The notes beneath the pieces were generated by a model. The model searched no databases, was not told the origin of the DNA, and was given only the letters and a program-made list of their open reading frames with translations. The translations under genes and the position numbers were made by a program. DNA of 50,648 nt, the filler included, from Jimgerdemannia flammicorona (lineage: Eukaryota): the NCBI GenBank assembly GCA_003990765.1. It is 2 parts of 2 records of this genome, joined end to end, with 100 filler letters (N's around TTAATTAATTAA, not from the genome) between each part and the next. Parts side by side here need not be neighbours in the genome. Positions count along the whole stretch, not along the records: positions 1 to 25,278 come from RBNJ01000856.1; 1 more part is not named here. One strand, written 5' to 3'. Shown piece after piece: positions 1 through 12,339 of the stretch. Positions within the stretch are counted from its first letter, which is position 1; every line of letters starts with the position of its first letter.

Positions 1-699
1 TTTTTTTTTTTTTTATGCAGCTTTGCGGGCAAAAAAGTTTTTACAAGACCCATGAAGAGGTCGAAATATTGTCACCGAAGTATATACCTATACCTCCTCC
101 CCCCCCCAAAAAAAAAAAAAATTCTCAATATGGATCTAGACGAGGAACTCGACACACTCGATTTCTACCAACTCTCCGATACCCTCTCTGTTTCTCTTTG
201 CTTTGATGTCTTCTGCCGAAAATCGGATGCAACGACCAAGCCGCCGTCGACGCTGAACGCGCAACCGACCTGATGTCCGTTCCCGTCGTCGAACCGTGTC
301 CTTTTCTCTCCAATCTCTACTTCACATATATGCAGCTGCGGAGACCTCCAAAGGTTCAACCCAGGAAGCCTCTGGTTCAATTGTGATTTGATCAGTTTCG
401 AGATCACCCGTCAACGTAGAAAATATAACAGTGCTTCTATTCTGGGCTCTGAAAACGTTACAAATATATTCTAGGCTGTGGCTTCACCTTAAACACGCAT
501 TAATCTGAGACCTCATCTCACGTCCCGTGCTATAACATCCCGGGAATATATATATTTATTTATAAATATATATCTTAACATATAAATGTAGTTCAGATAC
601 AGATCTCACACAAATACTTTGCGATGATGCTTTGTCCATTGCGATAGTGAGATAGAGAATGACATTCGGGTACATATATACACACTCTGTCGAATCTCC

Positions 700-1431
700 G
701 CCATCATTCATTGTTTGATGCGATGGTCATCATTTTTTTGTCAATAAGAGCAATCAATTTGGTAATATGGCAGAGTGTTTTCTGGCAATCAAATACTAGT
801 TCTGATGCATCAACTCTCTTCCCGAAAATGTATTCTGGGGGGCTCTGAACCCTTCTATATTTATCACATGTGATATGTGATGTTTCAGAATCACCCAAAA
901 AGTACAGCCAAAATGACAGATTGTTGTTGGTGTTAATTTGTTATTGTATACCAACAAAGTCATGCTCTAGGCAGCATTTTTCACTGGTGATACGGTACCT
1001 GGCGACAGCAAACACCTCGAGATTGGCTATGCAGTACAGACACTACCGGACTCGGATATACATTGATGGGTCACGTTTGTATAGCTGCACTGCAACCCGA
1101 ACGTGTAGATAATCTTCATGGCAGCTGCGACTGCTTCGTCACTTGTGCATCACGAAAATGACTGTTCGTGCACCATGCGATCAAGGAAGGCATTCAAACG
1201 CCACTTCATTACCCCCTGCACACTGACCTTTGTTTGTATAATGACCACCCTCAATGCCTGATAGAGTCCTGGGTCAGAGTCTTGATCAAAGCCATGCTGT
1301 ATGCATAGACGTCTAGTTGCCTCGGAGTGAAATGTGAGCGAAATATCCATGCAGTAAAGCAGATCTATATATTCAAAATCATGGATGATGAGGGCACAGA
1401 TTTCAGCTGAGAGGCACACTGAGGTTTGCAT
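700..1431 (-). pseudogene. F-box-like domain protein relic
   Basis: ORF 1150-1431 begins LSAEICALIIHDFEYIDLLYCMDISLTFHSEA, matching the F-box pattern (LP.EI...I...L...DL..C..VS..F...A). The frame continues past a TGA stop; the 3' end is approximate. Confidence 0.5.
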
Positions 1432-1772
1432 GGTGGTGTTAGTGTTGATTCTGGCATATCTACACCTGCTATTTATTGTAAACCATGGTCAGCTTAGGGA
1501 CTGTTAATGCTATGATATAACTATATAGAGATGTACCACTCAGTACCATGTAGTATAGACACAAATGCAAGGCATTCACCATATGCCTTAATAGTAACTT
1601 TGAACTTCCCAATATGTATCGTATGTAAATGATGGTACTTCTAAAGAAGGATAAAATGTCACAGCATCAGTCTTATTTTAACATAGTCAACAGCTTTGTA
1701 GAATAGTATTTACAATAATGTCTCAGTCAGGAAATATATTATACCTTAGGCTTCAGACCAATATGCTAAACT

Positions 1773-1818
1773 GTGACATCAACTACCCACTCTGATAGAT
1801 GTGGGTAGTTGATGTCAC
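1773..1818. repeat. Perfect 18-bp inverted repeat with 10-nt loop
   Basis: GTGACATCAACTACCCAC (1773-1790) / GTGGGTAGTTGATGTCAC (1801-1818). Confidence 0.9.
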
Positions 1819-2102
1819 CTTGAACAATTTGTATTTATAGTCAATATGTTAACAATAGCAATACCTCAGCAGCCATTAGGTATACAAGACAGTCAATACA
1901 CATACTGTTTATATAGTAATATCCATAGTATTTATCTCTGTATGTAAAATTTGTAGGATTTTGATTTTCAAATTTTACCTGGTACTACTCTCAATTGAAC
2001 AAAAGTAATCATTGAATATAGTTCATATTGTATCAATCCTCTCAATAAATGTATGATATATAACCAGTTTTGTGACCAAGTCAAAATAGTGATATCATTG
2101 TC

Positions 2103-2159
2103 GGGAAAAGTGCATTCACATGGATGGAATAATCTCATCCACATGAATGCACTTTTCCC
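2103..2159. repeat. Dispersed ~57-bp palindrome, copy 1
   Basis: GGGAAAAGTGCATTCACATGGATGG-AATAAT-CTCATCCACATGAATGCACTTTTCCC. Confidence 0.9.
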
Positions 2160-2477
2160 AATGATAACATGAATGATACACTTTATAATTACTCAGTATG
2201 TCATTATACTATATAGATTATTTTGTATATAAGGTAGTTCTTGTCCACCCACATCTGAGCTATCATCAACTTCTATAGCATAAATTAACTCTGGTGATAA
2301 GGTGTATTTTACTATAGAACTACCAAACTTGCAAAATTCAGATTGTGATAAATACTATATATATATTGCAACTTAAAAAAATAAATTCTATTTTGTTTTA
2401 CTGACTAATTGTTGTATCAATAGTGACCATATCAGAAACTGGGTTTGACTGGATACATCTACACATAATAACTAAAA

Positions 2478-2880
2478 ATGTCAAAATACCATAGACTCTG
2501 GGTTACATATCTCCACCCCATAGGAATCCTATATAGTGAGTGCATCCATATTTTTAAGAATAGGATCCATCTTCATTACAGTGAAACTATTTCATTCCCT
2601 ACTTCTGTTCTGTATAGATTAGTGTCAAAAATGTTGAATGATTTGAATGAATGGATATTGGAAAGAATAGAACTGTTTGGACACAGACACCCTGTCATCT
2701 CAGGAGATACTGTAAAAATTGTGCCCACCTACAACAAATAGGATATTATTGCACACAGTGATGATGACTGTTATATGTTCACATCTAAGGAAGATGATAA
2801 CAAGTGGTGGTATATCTCAATAATAAATGAATAGAGTTTGGATCTTAAATAAATTTGTATTATCAAGAGATGTTATAAAT
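2478..2880 (+). pseudogene. Decayed ORF of unknown function
   Basis: 87-aa ORF continues in frame past TAG stops to ~2880. An intron-acceptor-like sequence (ctgactaat...tag) lies at ~2400-2423. Followed by a hairpin at 2900-2942. Confidence 0.3.
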
Positions 2881-2899
2881 GAACAAATAAATATTCATC

Positions 2900-2942
2900 A
2901 TTTGCAGATATGTATATTAGTATATTTTATACATCTGCAAAT
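2900..2942. terminator. Intergenic hairpin between convergent gene ends (possible 3'-end signal)
   Basis: ATTTGCAGATATGTATA ... TATACATCTGCAAAT with a 2-nt bulge. The function is inferred only. Confidence 0.3.
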
Positions 2943-3239
2943 TTATTATATATAAAATAATAGAGGGAAGACTGGTCTTAGTCGTAAATGATCAGGAGAT
3001 TCTTGTGAATAGAATGTAACAACAATATAGGTATCAGATAATCACTACCATCCTCTCATACTTTTAATATAATAGTACAAATATATTATCCTCAGGCTGT
3101 GAAGTTTAAACCCATAGTATGGTTACAACTATTTAGAAGAAGTAGTTGTCCAGAAATCTCTGAGCAAAGACTGGCCACTACTATGCATGTAGTCACTTGT
3201 GACTATTATCAGTAATGATGATGATTATTATTATTAATG

Positions 3240-6200
3240 AATGAAATATAGGCAAATTTGCAAAATTCTGCACACTTATATATTTCACAATATATTCATT
3301 CTTCGCCACCAAACATAGGTAAGAATGTCATCAGCAGTAGTCATATCAAACTCTGGAAGTAGTAATCCTGATCTATCAGTAGATGATCCTTAAGCATACT
3401 CTGGAGTAGTATAGCTCTATTGCTTATATATTTTACTGTTGGATATTAGTATACACATATATATATATATATTCATACATATATATATCATACTAATATA
3501 TTTCACACATCTCCAGCTTTGACTGTAATCACATATGTGATGCAATCACTATATTCGGGCGCATTGACTAACCTACTCCTGATGGTAGCAGCAATGTGTG
3601 GCTGCTGCTGCTGATGGATATCTGCTTGTGGTGGAGATTTGATTTTTGAACTCATAGCCTTCATGATGCTCTGGTGCAGACTTGTGTTATTTGTTGGACA
3701 TAGTGTATGTTGGGCTGGGACTGGTGACACCAGAGATGCATTCCACTATTTTGTAATAGCAAAGACAATAGGATCAAGTTTGCCTTGCAATAACTTACAG
3801 ATCTTGTCCTTGATGTGTATCATCATTGTATTGAACCCTCCTTATAACTCAGCAAATAGAATCTCAAGACACTGTTCAACAGTCATAGCAATATACTCAT
3901 ATGTGTCATACTTTACAGTCTGGATACTCTTGATGACCAGACTGTTATTGACTCCTGTCAGCCCTGCATAGTACTTCTTGCTAACAAGCAGAAATGGCAT
4001 GAATACTTACTTGAAGTTCAATGTCTTGCAGTGACCAGGTATGTTGGACAGCAATCCTGCAGTGCATTTGCTGAGTTCAATTGCATCTGCAACTAATATT
4101 GGTCCAAAACTAACCATCACAGAGTCTGTATTACCATACACTATCTGGGCATTGTATTTCTTGCCTTTTGCAGTAGTAAAAGTAGATTCAATCATCAATT
4201 TTGTCTATTCAATCATGCCCTGACCACTTGCTGTAACACTAGTGGTGACTGTAAGACTTACAAGCTTTCCACCAGCAATGCCTATTAGTCTGTAGAGTGA
4301 GTTTGCACAGAGCTTCATTATCTGCTGATATATATCTAGAATTATGTATTTCAGAGGGTTGCCTTCATCTTTGAGCTCTTTCTTAACTATATTCCTGTAG
4401 TCAAGTAGTGTCACAAGAATCTGTGGCATGACACCCCTGTATCATAATGTGGTTACAAAGTAATGGTCAGTTGTAGCATCAGCTTCATTACCTCTGATCA
4501 TAATGTAGTCTACATTCTTGACAAGCTGCAGATGTGCAATTATAGTAGTGTTGACAATTATACTATAGTACAGATTGTTGTCAATCATGATGGTTGGATA
4601 CAGTGAGCTATAGCCAAGTATGCAGATTAGTACTTGGTAGTAGTCAGGGGTTATGTCAAGCACTTTCACACCCTGGTACTGTGGTCCATTAGTGATAATG
4701 CCCTTGATGGGATCAGATATAGGAATGAGATGATTCAGTTTATATGTCTTTCAATAGAATTGCAACATTGCCCAGATCTGCTGGCCATGCTGTAATAAAT
4801 ATATAAATGGTATGCCTGTGACATATGCCAGCTCAATATATTTGGTCATACTCACAAATTGTGCCATTAGTAGTAATGGTAGTGTCATGTCCTGAATGCA
4901 GTACTTAGCTAGTTTGCATCTGTCATTATTACTATCTTTATGCAGCAGTATGATTATGTTATAGTATAGGTCTACCTTTATTTCACCATTAAGATAGTAT
5001 TTGCAGATATTATTGAGTTTGTTTCCACCAGAGAGCTTGTAATCGAGATGGACCATATCATAGATATCATGCAGTGAATAGCTTGCGATGTTGATTTTGT
5101 TTGTATTATTGATATTATATACCTTGGTCTTTATAACTTTCCAATTGATTGTGGTTTCCCTGCTGATAATCTGACTTAGCTGTACAAATGTATACCCAAT
5201 ACCCAATGCATATGCATAGTTAATCAGATATGAGATGTCAAACTTAGCAATCATATAGCCTGTCAGCACATCTGGATCAACCTCATATACTACAAACTGA
5301 TGCCAGTCGAGCAGGAGTGCCTTCTTGGAGGTGTACATCCATATCTTGCAATTGTCAAGCAGTATAGTACACCCTCTCAATATAAATACAATGTGTTTGG
5401 ATGGGTCTGCCATACCCAACACAGCCACAGTACAGCCAATCTGTATGATGGGATTATGTTCAGACTTCAGAAAGATATTCTTGCAACTGCGACACTCAAT
5501 ATTGAAGCTCAGTACCCACAAGGATGTAATGTATGAACCCATATTGCAGAAGTTGTAGGATATGCTCTGGATTGCATTGATGTCTATTTCAATCTCATAC
5601 CAACAGTATGATGTCTTTGAGATATACAGCATGTAATTTCCAGTGGAAATTTGCACCCATCTGGCCCCAGTTATCATGTGGTCGACCATAAATTGCAGAT
5701 CTGGACTCATATTGCTTTTATATGATTTTCCATTATGTACAATGATGCAACTGGGTGGACCAAAGACTGTTTGATTCTGTATAAAATTCACCAGTCATCA
5801 TCTAGTGGCATCTGTCATAGTGGTAAACCTAATGAATGGTTCCAAGTCTGACCCTGTGTAGCTATATATGTCTCTGCTATCAATAATACTATAGTTGCAT
5901 ATAGATACTTTCACATACTATTGCAGCCATACTACCAACAATAGTAGATTATCCTGTTGGACAGTGTCAGGTGTGCGGATGTAGAAATATAGTCTAAATC
6001 CATGCATCCAATACATAATACTATATTCCTTGATAGTTGTTCCAATTATAATCACAATCTCTTTACTATTGAGAAACTCTATATAAATATCCATTTGCTG
6101 AAACATGAGTTCATTGCTCTCACAGTTTACAATCAGAGCCTGTGGGCACATCCAATGCAGGCAGTGTGATAGCAGTAGTGGTTCTAATGTTTGTTGTGGT

Positions 6201-6277
6201 GGTTGGTTGGAGTTGTGTCATATATGATGTCTGTTTTCACTATTATTAAATTGTTATAGTCACTTATTATTCTCCAT
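3240..6277 (-). pseudogene. Family-B DNA polymerase, Pol-delta-like, heavily decayed
   Basis: Collinear motifs across frames: LMFQQMDI..HGFRLYFY (N-term), YKSN..LQFMVD..ITGARW, ExoI SFNIEC, ExoII GYMIAKFD, ExoIII KYCIQD, region II GYSSLYPTIMIDNNL, region III QQIMKLCANSLY, region I YGNTDSVMV, SKKYYAGL, QPHI..APEYSDCITYVI, IDQDYYFQSL. Catalytic D->N/G changes, stops and frameshifts. Putative ATG at 6277; 3' end approximate. Confidence 0.93.
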
Positions 6278-6382
6278 TTTAACAGAGTTACAATTCTTGT
6301 TATTTAATTGTCTTGGGATATACATATTGGGATGTGGTAAACCATTTTAACAACAATGAGACTAGATATAATAATGTCAACT

Positions 6383-6443
6383 TTGGGAAAAGTACATTCA
6401 CATGGACAGGATTATCCCATCCATATGAATACACTTTCTCCAA
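6383..6443. repeat. Dispersed palindrome, copy 2
   Basis: TTGGGAAAAGTACATTCACATGGACAGG-ATTAT-CCCATCCATATGAATACACTTTCTCCAA, ~105 bp upstream of the PolB start, between divergent genes. Confidence 0.9.
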
Positions 6444-6629
6444 CTATGGCCACAAACACATAATTAATCTAATACCAGTACTGTATAATATAATCCTGAT
6501 ATATATATATATTCAAAGGGTGTTTTATATATTCCAGCTCAATTATGCCACCCCTACAGCAGTTGTTAAATCTACAACACAAGATATTATAACAGTATAT
6601 CAATCACTCCTTTACAAAACTGAGCAAAT

Positions 6630-7810
6630 GCAATGGGGCTGTGTATGCTGAAATAAGGATGATAATCAGACAATAGAGTGGACAGATAATAGCTTTTGTG
6701 CTGTGGAATATTGTAGAGCTGTTTGGTAGTTGCAGATAATATTCTTTTGTATGAGAAATGTGGAAATATGTGGTCGAAATTTTGCAGACCACCTATCCTC
6801 ATATCAACCATTTTGTTGTGACTACATGAATTATGATGGCCAATATCTGGTGACTGAATGGAGATGTAGTCAAAGCTGGTATCATCTTCCAGTATCTTGA
6901 AATGCTGACAAATGATGCCTCTATATCTCCCCTTGTGAGGGTGGAGATGTTTGCAAACTATGGCTGTATGCTTGCTGAACAACCTGGTTACAATGTGGAT
7001 ACCTTGGTCCATCTCCAGAATGCCCTGATGTTGCTGGACAGCAATACATACCATGTACACCATCTGCTGATTCTGTGCATCACAATCTGGCTTGCTATAA
7101 TATATACATAACAAAGAAAGAATGACAATATAGAGTGCCTTCTGATATAGTCTATGTGGGACAAACTGTCCAACCAAGAACCATATGCTAACACATTAGT
7201 AGATCTGTGTGTATTCTACTACCACACAGATCACCTTGCAAAATGTGAAGAATATAGGTAACAGGCACTGGCACAAGTGTGTGAAAAACCTAGTATATAT
7301 ATACAGATCAGCATTACACTTGCAATATACTAGACTGTGTTACAGATTGCCCAGGACTGCAACCCATATATGATCAATACTATGGACAGTGTTTTATGTT
7401 TACACAACAATATACATCAGCCAGTACTTCAGTTTTATATCTGGCTAGTGTCGACATTGTGGATAGTGGCCAATGCAACCTTTACCAAGAAACTGTGAGT
7501 CATGAATATACTCTACACAGTGCTTGCTAACTGCAATATCCAACAATCAATCCAGCAGATTGGTGAGCTGCTGGAACTGTTACTATCAGATTTGCTGAAC
7601 AATAGCATAAATACTAACAGTGCAAATATGGCATCCAGTTGAAATGGCTTGTAAATCACTATTACTATCTCAAGAATACTGAGACTGCAGACTGCCACAA
7701 TATACAACTGATTGATCTATTGAAAGTGCAAAATTCAAATCATTGTTCTGTAAGGAGATGCTCACTGAACTCAAAGTAGATTTAATGCAACTGCTTGTGA
7801 ATTATATCTA
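6630..7810 (+). pseudogene. TPR-like helical repeat protein relic
   Basis: Reading through stops gives repeated units such as LQTTYPHINHFVVTT(*)IMMANIW(*)LNGDVVKA and LCITIWLAIIYT(*)QRKNDNIECLL, reminiscent of kinesin-light-chain-type TPRs. Boundaries approximate. Confidence 0.3.
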
Positions 7811-8065
7811 TGATATATAAACTATATTACAACATATTTTAAGCCAAACAACTATGTTTTATTTATAAATATATATAAGTTGTAGATATAATATATAATT
7901 TGAATAAACTTATACCACTATATTAAGAATAGTTTAGCTGGCTAAATATGATATCAATTACAACATACTCTTGCAATGATACCATATATGCTATTTAATA
8001 TTACATCTATATTACCAATTTCAAATATAATTGATTATATTACTCAAAAGTGCTAATTATATAGT

Positions 8066-8129
8066 GTTAGAGAAAGTGCATTCACATGGATGGAATAATT
8101 CCATCCACGTAAATGTACTTTCCCTGATA
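8066..8129. repeat. Dispersed palindrome, copy 3
   Basis: TAGAGAAAGTGCATTCACATGGATGG-AATAATT-CCATCCACGTAAATGTACTTTCCCTGA. Confidence 0.9.
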
Positions 8130-8336
8130 CTGATGTCATACAAATTATTTATTACTCAGATTCAACTCACTAATTCTACAATATCAAATTCTGCCAAATC
8201 TCAGGTGGTATTATGTGATGCTCTGAGAGATATTTAATTGTATATTAGTGGATTAGTTATCAAATTGTAAAAGCAGGTCTATCTGGTGCTAGTATATTGA
8301 TAATAACTTTATATATTAATAACTAAGTGTGATATT

Positions 8337-8408
8337 ATCATAAGAGAAAGTATATTCATGTGGATGGGATTATCCTGTCCCACATGAATGTACTTTCTCT
8401 AATGATAT
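8337..8408. repeat. Dispersed palindrome, copy 4
   Basis: ATCATAAGAGAAAGTATATTCATGTGGATGGG-ATTAT-CCTGTCCCACATGAATGTACTTTCTCTAATGAT. Confidence 0.9.
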
Positions 8409-8449
8409 CATATGAGTAGTTTGGACCATCATTGTTATAGTATGTCATG

Positions 8450-10270
8450 GTATAAATAGTCAGTCAAATATACATTTTTTGTAATACCAACCAACTACCA
8501 TAGAATACTCTACAAAAACCCTCTTTGATATTGGTGAAGTATACATAATTATAGATAGCATTATATAACAAATTCAAAACCTGAAACCCCCATACACAAA
8601 ACTAAATCTTCCAGAGCCTCTGATGGTATTTTACTTTAAAATCATACTAACAGAAGAATAATTAATCCAGTATGTTTGGTAGATAACATATGTAGTACAT
8701 TATCTTTAAATAATTTAATAACACCTTATCTTCTCTACAGAGGTGTGATTTTAGGAGTGGTTACCAAATGGTGGTTTACAGCCAAATGTTCTATGCTAAA
8801 AATTAGTAATTATCTAGATGTAACCCATTAGAGTGTGAATTTTAATACATTTGATAATAATTTTCCTATTTCTCAATTGGTCAGTTCATGGATGGATTCA
8901 TTGATTTGACTTTAAAACAGGTCATTTAGACTTTGATGGCACTACTTACAACAAGTTTCCAATCAACCTCACTATTGGATTTGGTATGCATTACCAAGAT
9001 TCATACAGCTCTACATTTCTATAGAGCAATATCAACAGAGAGATCTGTGAAATTGTTAAAAATAATAAGCCTTGATATCTTATTTATCTAGTTATATTCT
9101 TCACTAGAAACCATGGTGATATAAAAATTATAGTCCTCAATGTCCCCAGCAATACTACATATATGTAATTTACCAGACTATGTAATTTTGGCCCTCCTAT
9201 TACAGATACAACTAGCCCACACCATATGTAAATTGGATATTTTACCACAACACATGATTATATGATAGCTATCTGTTTCAGCAGCAGTAATGGCTGTATG
9301 TCTATATGGAATATATTAACAAAATCACCCATATTAAAGACCTCTATTACTTGCGAAGAATTTACATTACTGGTTACTACTATATTTGACTCTGATATAG
9401 ACATATATGATGTAATTAGCATAGTGATATCAGATACACCAAACTCGGCAATTTTACTGAGTAGATATCACAACTCTTTGCCACCACAGGATCAATACAT
9501 ATTCATTTTGAAACCAAATATCAATGGCTTAGTTACCAAGCCATCAATTCTTCTTGACAATAGTGATGAGCTGATTACAGGCAATATTGCTATGCTGGAT
9601 AATAGCATACAGGTGATTATTGTCAGTTGGACAACATTTTATATTATAGATCTTAACACACTTATAGTTATCAAATTATCCATCCACAACAATGACGTTG
9701 TCACCCATTTTGGAATTGAGTGTCCTGATATGACCAGATGTAACAGACTGCTGCTTGCATAAGTGGGAAAGGTTGTATTTATTTGATATAGTACTAACAA
9801 CTAGGCAAGGATGATCATAGCTAACAATCACAACAAAAGCAAGATGTTTAGACTGTCAATGGCCATATTCCATAAAATTACCATGAATCTGGACAAAACC
9901 CACATTGCACTCCATAAAGACAGTAAATTAGTAGTATTGTCAACTACTGATTTGCATCTAGTGTTCACTGTGGTAGAATGGATAGAGACTAATATCATGC
10001 TGATGAAAGTACTCTTTATTACCAAAAATAACAAAACATACATCCTGACAATAGATATATACACCCTAGAACAAGTGAGTAACACTGTCTATATCACTAT
10101 ATGAATCTGAGATATAGATGGGGATGATGTGTCTAGTGTTGTCTATAAGTGTAGAATTGATGAAATATTGATAAATAATATCAAGCATGGGAATGTATTC
10201 CTATCTATGTTGGGTAACACTACTAGCATTGTCTTTGTTTATGTGGAAAATGGTGTTGTTGTATAGTATG
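8450..10270 (+). pseudogene. Long decayed ORF, beta-strand-rich, possibly beta-propeller
   Basis: Successive + strand ORF fragments (9262-9762, 9811-10104) include a WD-like segment ICFSSSNGCMSIWNI. Family not confidently assignable. Confidence 0.25.
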
Positions 10271-11289
10271 ATTGTATGTTGTATAGATTCGAGTCAATTC
10301 AGTGACCAACTATGGGCAATATGTAGAGATTGATCATGCTAAACCAAGTAGTCTTCGAGAGCAAATAAATGTCATATTTTTAACAAAAAATATATCCCTT
10401 TTACTATTTTTGAAATTTGCAAACTCTAGTTGCCATTGTAAGAGAGATATTATGATACATAACAGTATCTCAAGTTTGTGTATTAAATGTAATTCACTAG
10501 TTTTGCAATATATGTAGCAAGATAGTTATATCATATATGTAGCCAGTATAATAACTGTAATCCCTACATATATTTTTCTTTATGATGATAGTCAGGGCAC
10601 AAGATCTATACAAATATATACATATATCAACCACCTTCATTTGTCTAAGTTGCCATATCTTATTGTTCTCTGATTATACCTATATCATTAATTAATCTCA
10701 CCAGTGCCTATAACTAGATAGTTGTAATTTTTTGTGCTAGTAGAGCCTATGTGAGTGTATCATAGAATTTGCATATATATATTGGATCAATTCATAATGC
10801 AATGGCCCTGTCAAAAAGCTCACTCATATGTATACTACCACTCTCACTATTCAATTCTATAATCAGTTACACTACAAGCTACATTTGTAGCTCATGCAGA
10901 CCCAGATGGACTGTGATACAGTAGAGTTCAGTAACATCAGTATTCATAATCTTTGGCAGTCACTCAGCATATAAGAAGTGCAGGATATGGTATAATATAT
11001 TGATAAATACATTGTCCAGCAGGATCTACTTGAAATGTACATCACTATAAAACATGGTTCAGAATAGTGGATAATGAGCTGCAAGTATTATACTATACAC
11101 ACTGATGATCTGCCTATTAGCACAGACAACAGATGCATTGTGTAGCACTATATCATTGATTATTGCTACCAGATCATCTTTGAATTAGGTTGTAATTGAT
11201 ATCATTACACAAAGTACATCGTGGTATATTGCAGTTGGGATATGATGAGGCTGTAATATATAAACATCATTTATTATATAATATAATTG

Positions 11290-11745
11290 CTAGACTATAT
11301 TGTCAAATACTGAATGACTTATACAATCATTATCAGAGAATTTCTTGACTGCTCAATAATGATTTCATAGGCATGACACTTATTAACCATCTATTGGTTT
11401 ATTCTTACAGAATTAGTCAAACCCTGCAGGATTATACATATACAGTAATCTGGAAATATCACTTTTAGATTTATGAGATCAGTGATAACTTGCATACCAT
11501 GACATATGAATTTCCAATACTCCTTCTTGTCTAGCAAGATGATAACACCTGGTCTCTTATTCTTACCAGATATTTGCCATCTGAGTTTGTATTTAAACAC
11601 CAGCAGAAAATCATCCAGTCATTGAAACTCCAACAGTTCTATGGCTTGATGATTGCAGAGATGTTCTCTTAATTTTGATTCTATCAATGTATCTATTGGT
11701 TGAAGGATTATCATTGGATCTACTTCAGTAACAATTGTCTATCTC
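11290..11745 (-). pseudogene. ERCC4-domain (EME1/Mms4-like) protein relic, copy A
   Basis: TIVTEVDPMII..LIESKLREHL..YKLRW..GVIILLDKKEYWKFI..ITDLINLKVIFPDYCICIILQGLTNSVRINQ resembles the fungal EME1 ERCC4 region (VLVV..A.EF..LK..FP...IYLIEGL...RKN). Matched by eye. Confidence 0.45.
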
Positions 11746-11842
11746 TATTATATTGTTATTTTGTAGTTTTTTATCTCAGTTTACTATAGTTTATATTTCT
11801 TTACAAGTTGTGACTGTGTTTCAAATTAATGATGATATCTAC

Positions 11843-11905
11843 ATTAGAGAAAGTGCATTCACATGGATGAGATAATCTCATCCATGTGAATGTACTTTCC
11901 CCAAT
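11843..11905. repeat. Dispersed palindrome, copy 5
   Basis: ATTAGAGAAAGTGCATTCACATGGATGAG-ATAAT-CTCATCCATGTGAATGTACTTTCCCCAAT, between the two divergent ERCC4-like genes. Confidence 0.9.
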
Positions 11906-12339
11906 CACATAGTATAGTCACACTAGACATATTTGGAATCTAATATGTGTATAATCAAAGTAATGTTGCCTTATTTATTTTTATATAATATTACTCAATA
12001 TATTATATAGACTAATGGTATATATAAATTCACACTACTCAATCTCCACTATATTCCTATGGTCCAACCTGAGCTTATTAACTCTAATGACTTGGTGTAT
12101 TTAATGGTGAAAGAAATGATATATACATTGTCAACAAATGTGACAATACTGCTATTATTGCAAGCCATAACTGCTATAGCTACATATCTATGTAATACTA
12201 TTTTATAGTAGTATCAAAATCAATTTATCAAATGAATAAACTGTTGAACTGATCATAACTTGTACAAGTTGAATGGCTTGCACCTGGTCAACAAACCTAT
12301 TTTGTCATTATATATATATATCTAGTAATCACTAATACT

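Noticed and set aside
3240..6277. Functional host POL3
   Set aside because: Catalytic aspartates are mutated, there are many stops and frameshifts, and no CysA/CysB is visible.
2103..11905. Dispersed palindromes as CRISPR repeats or tRNA/ncRNA genes
   Set aside because: They are spaced hundreds to thousands of bp apart, are simple single stems, and show no cloverleaf or Pol III boxes.
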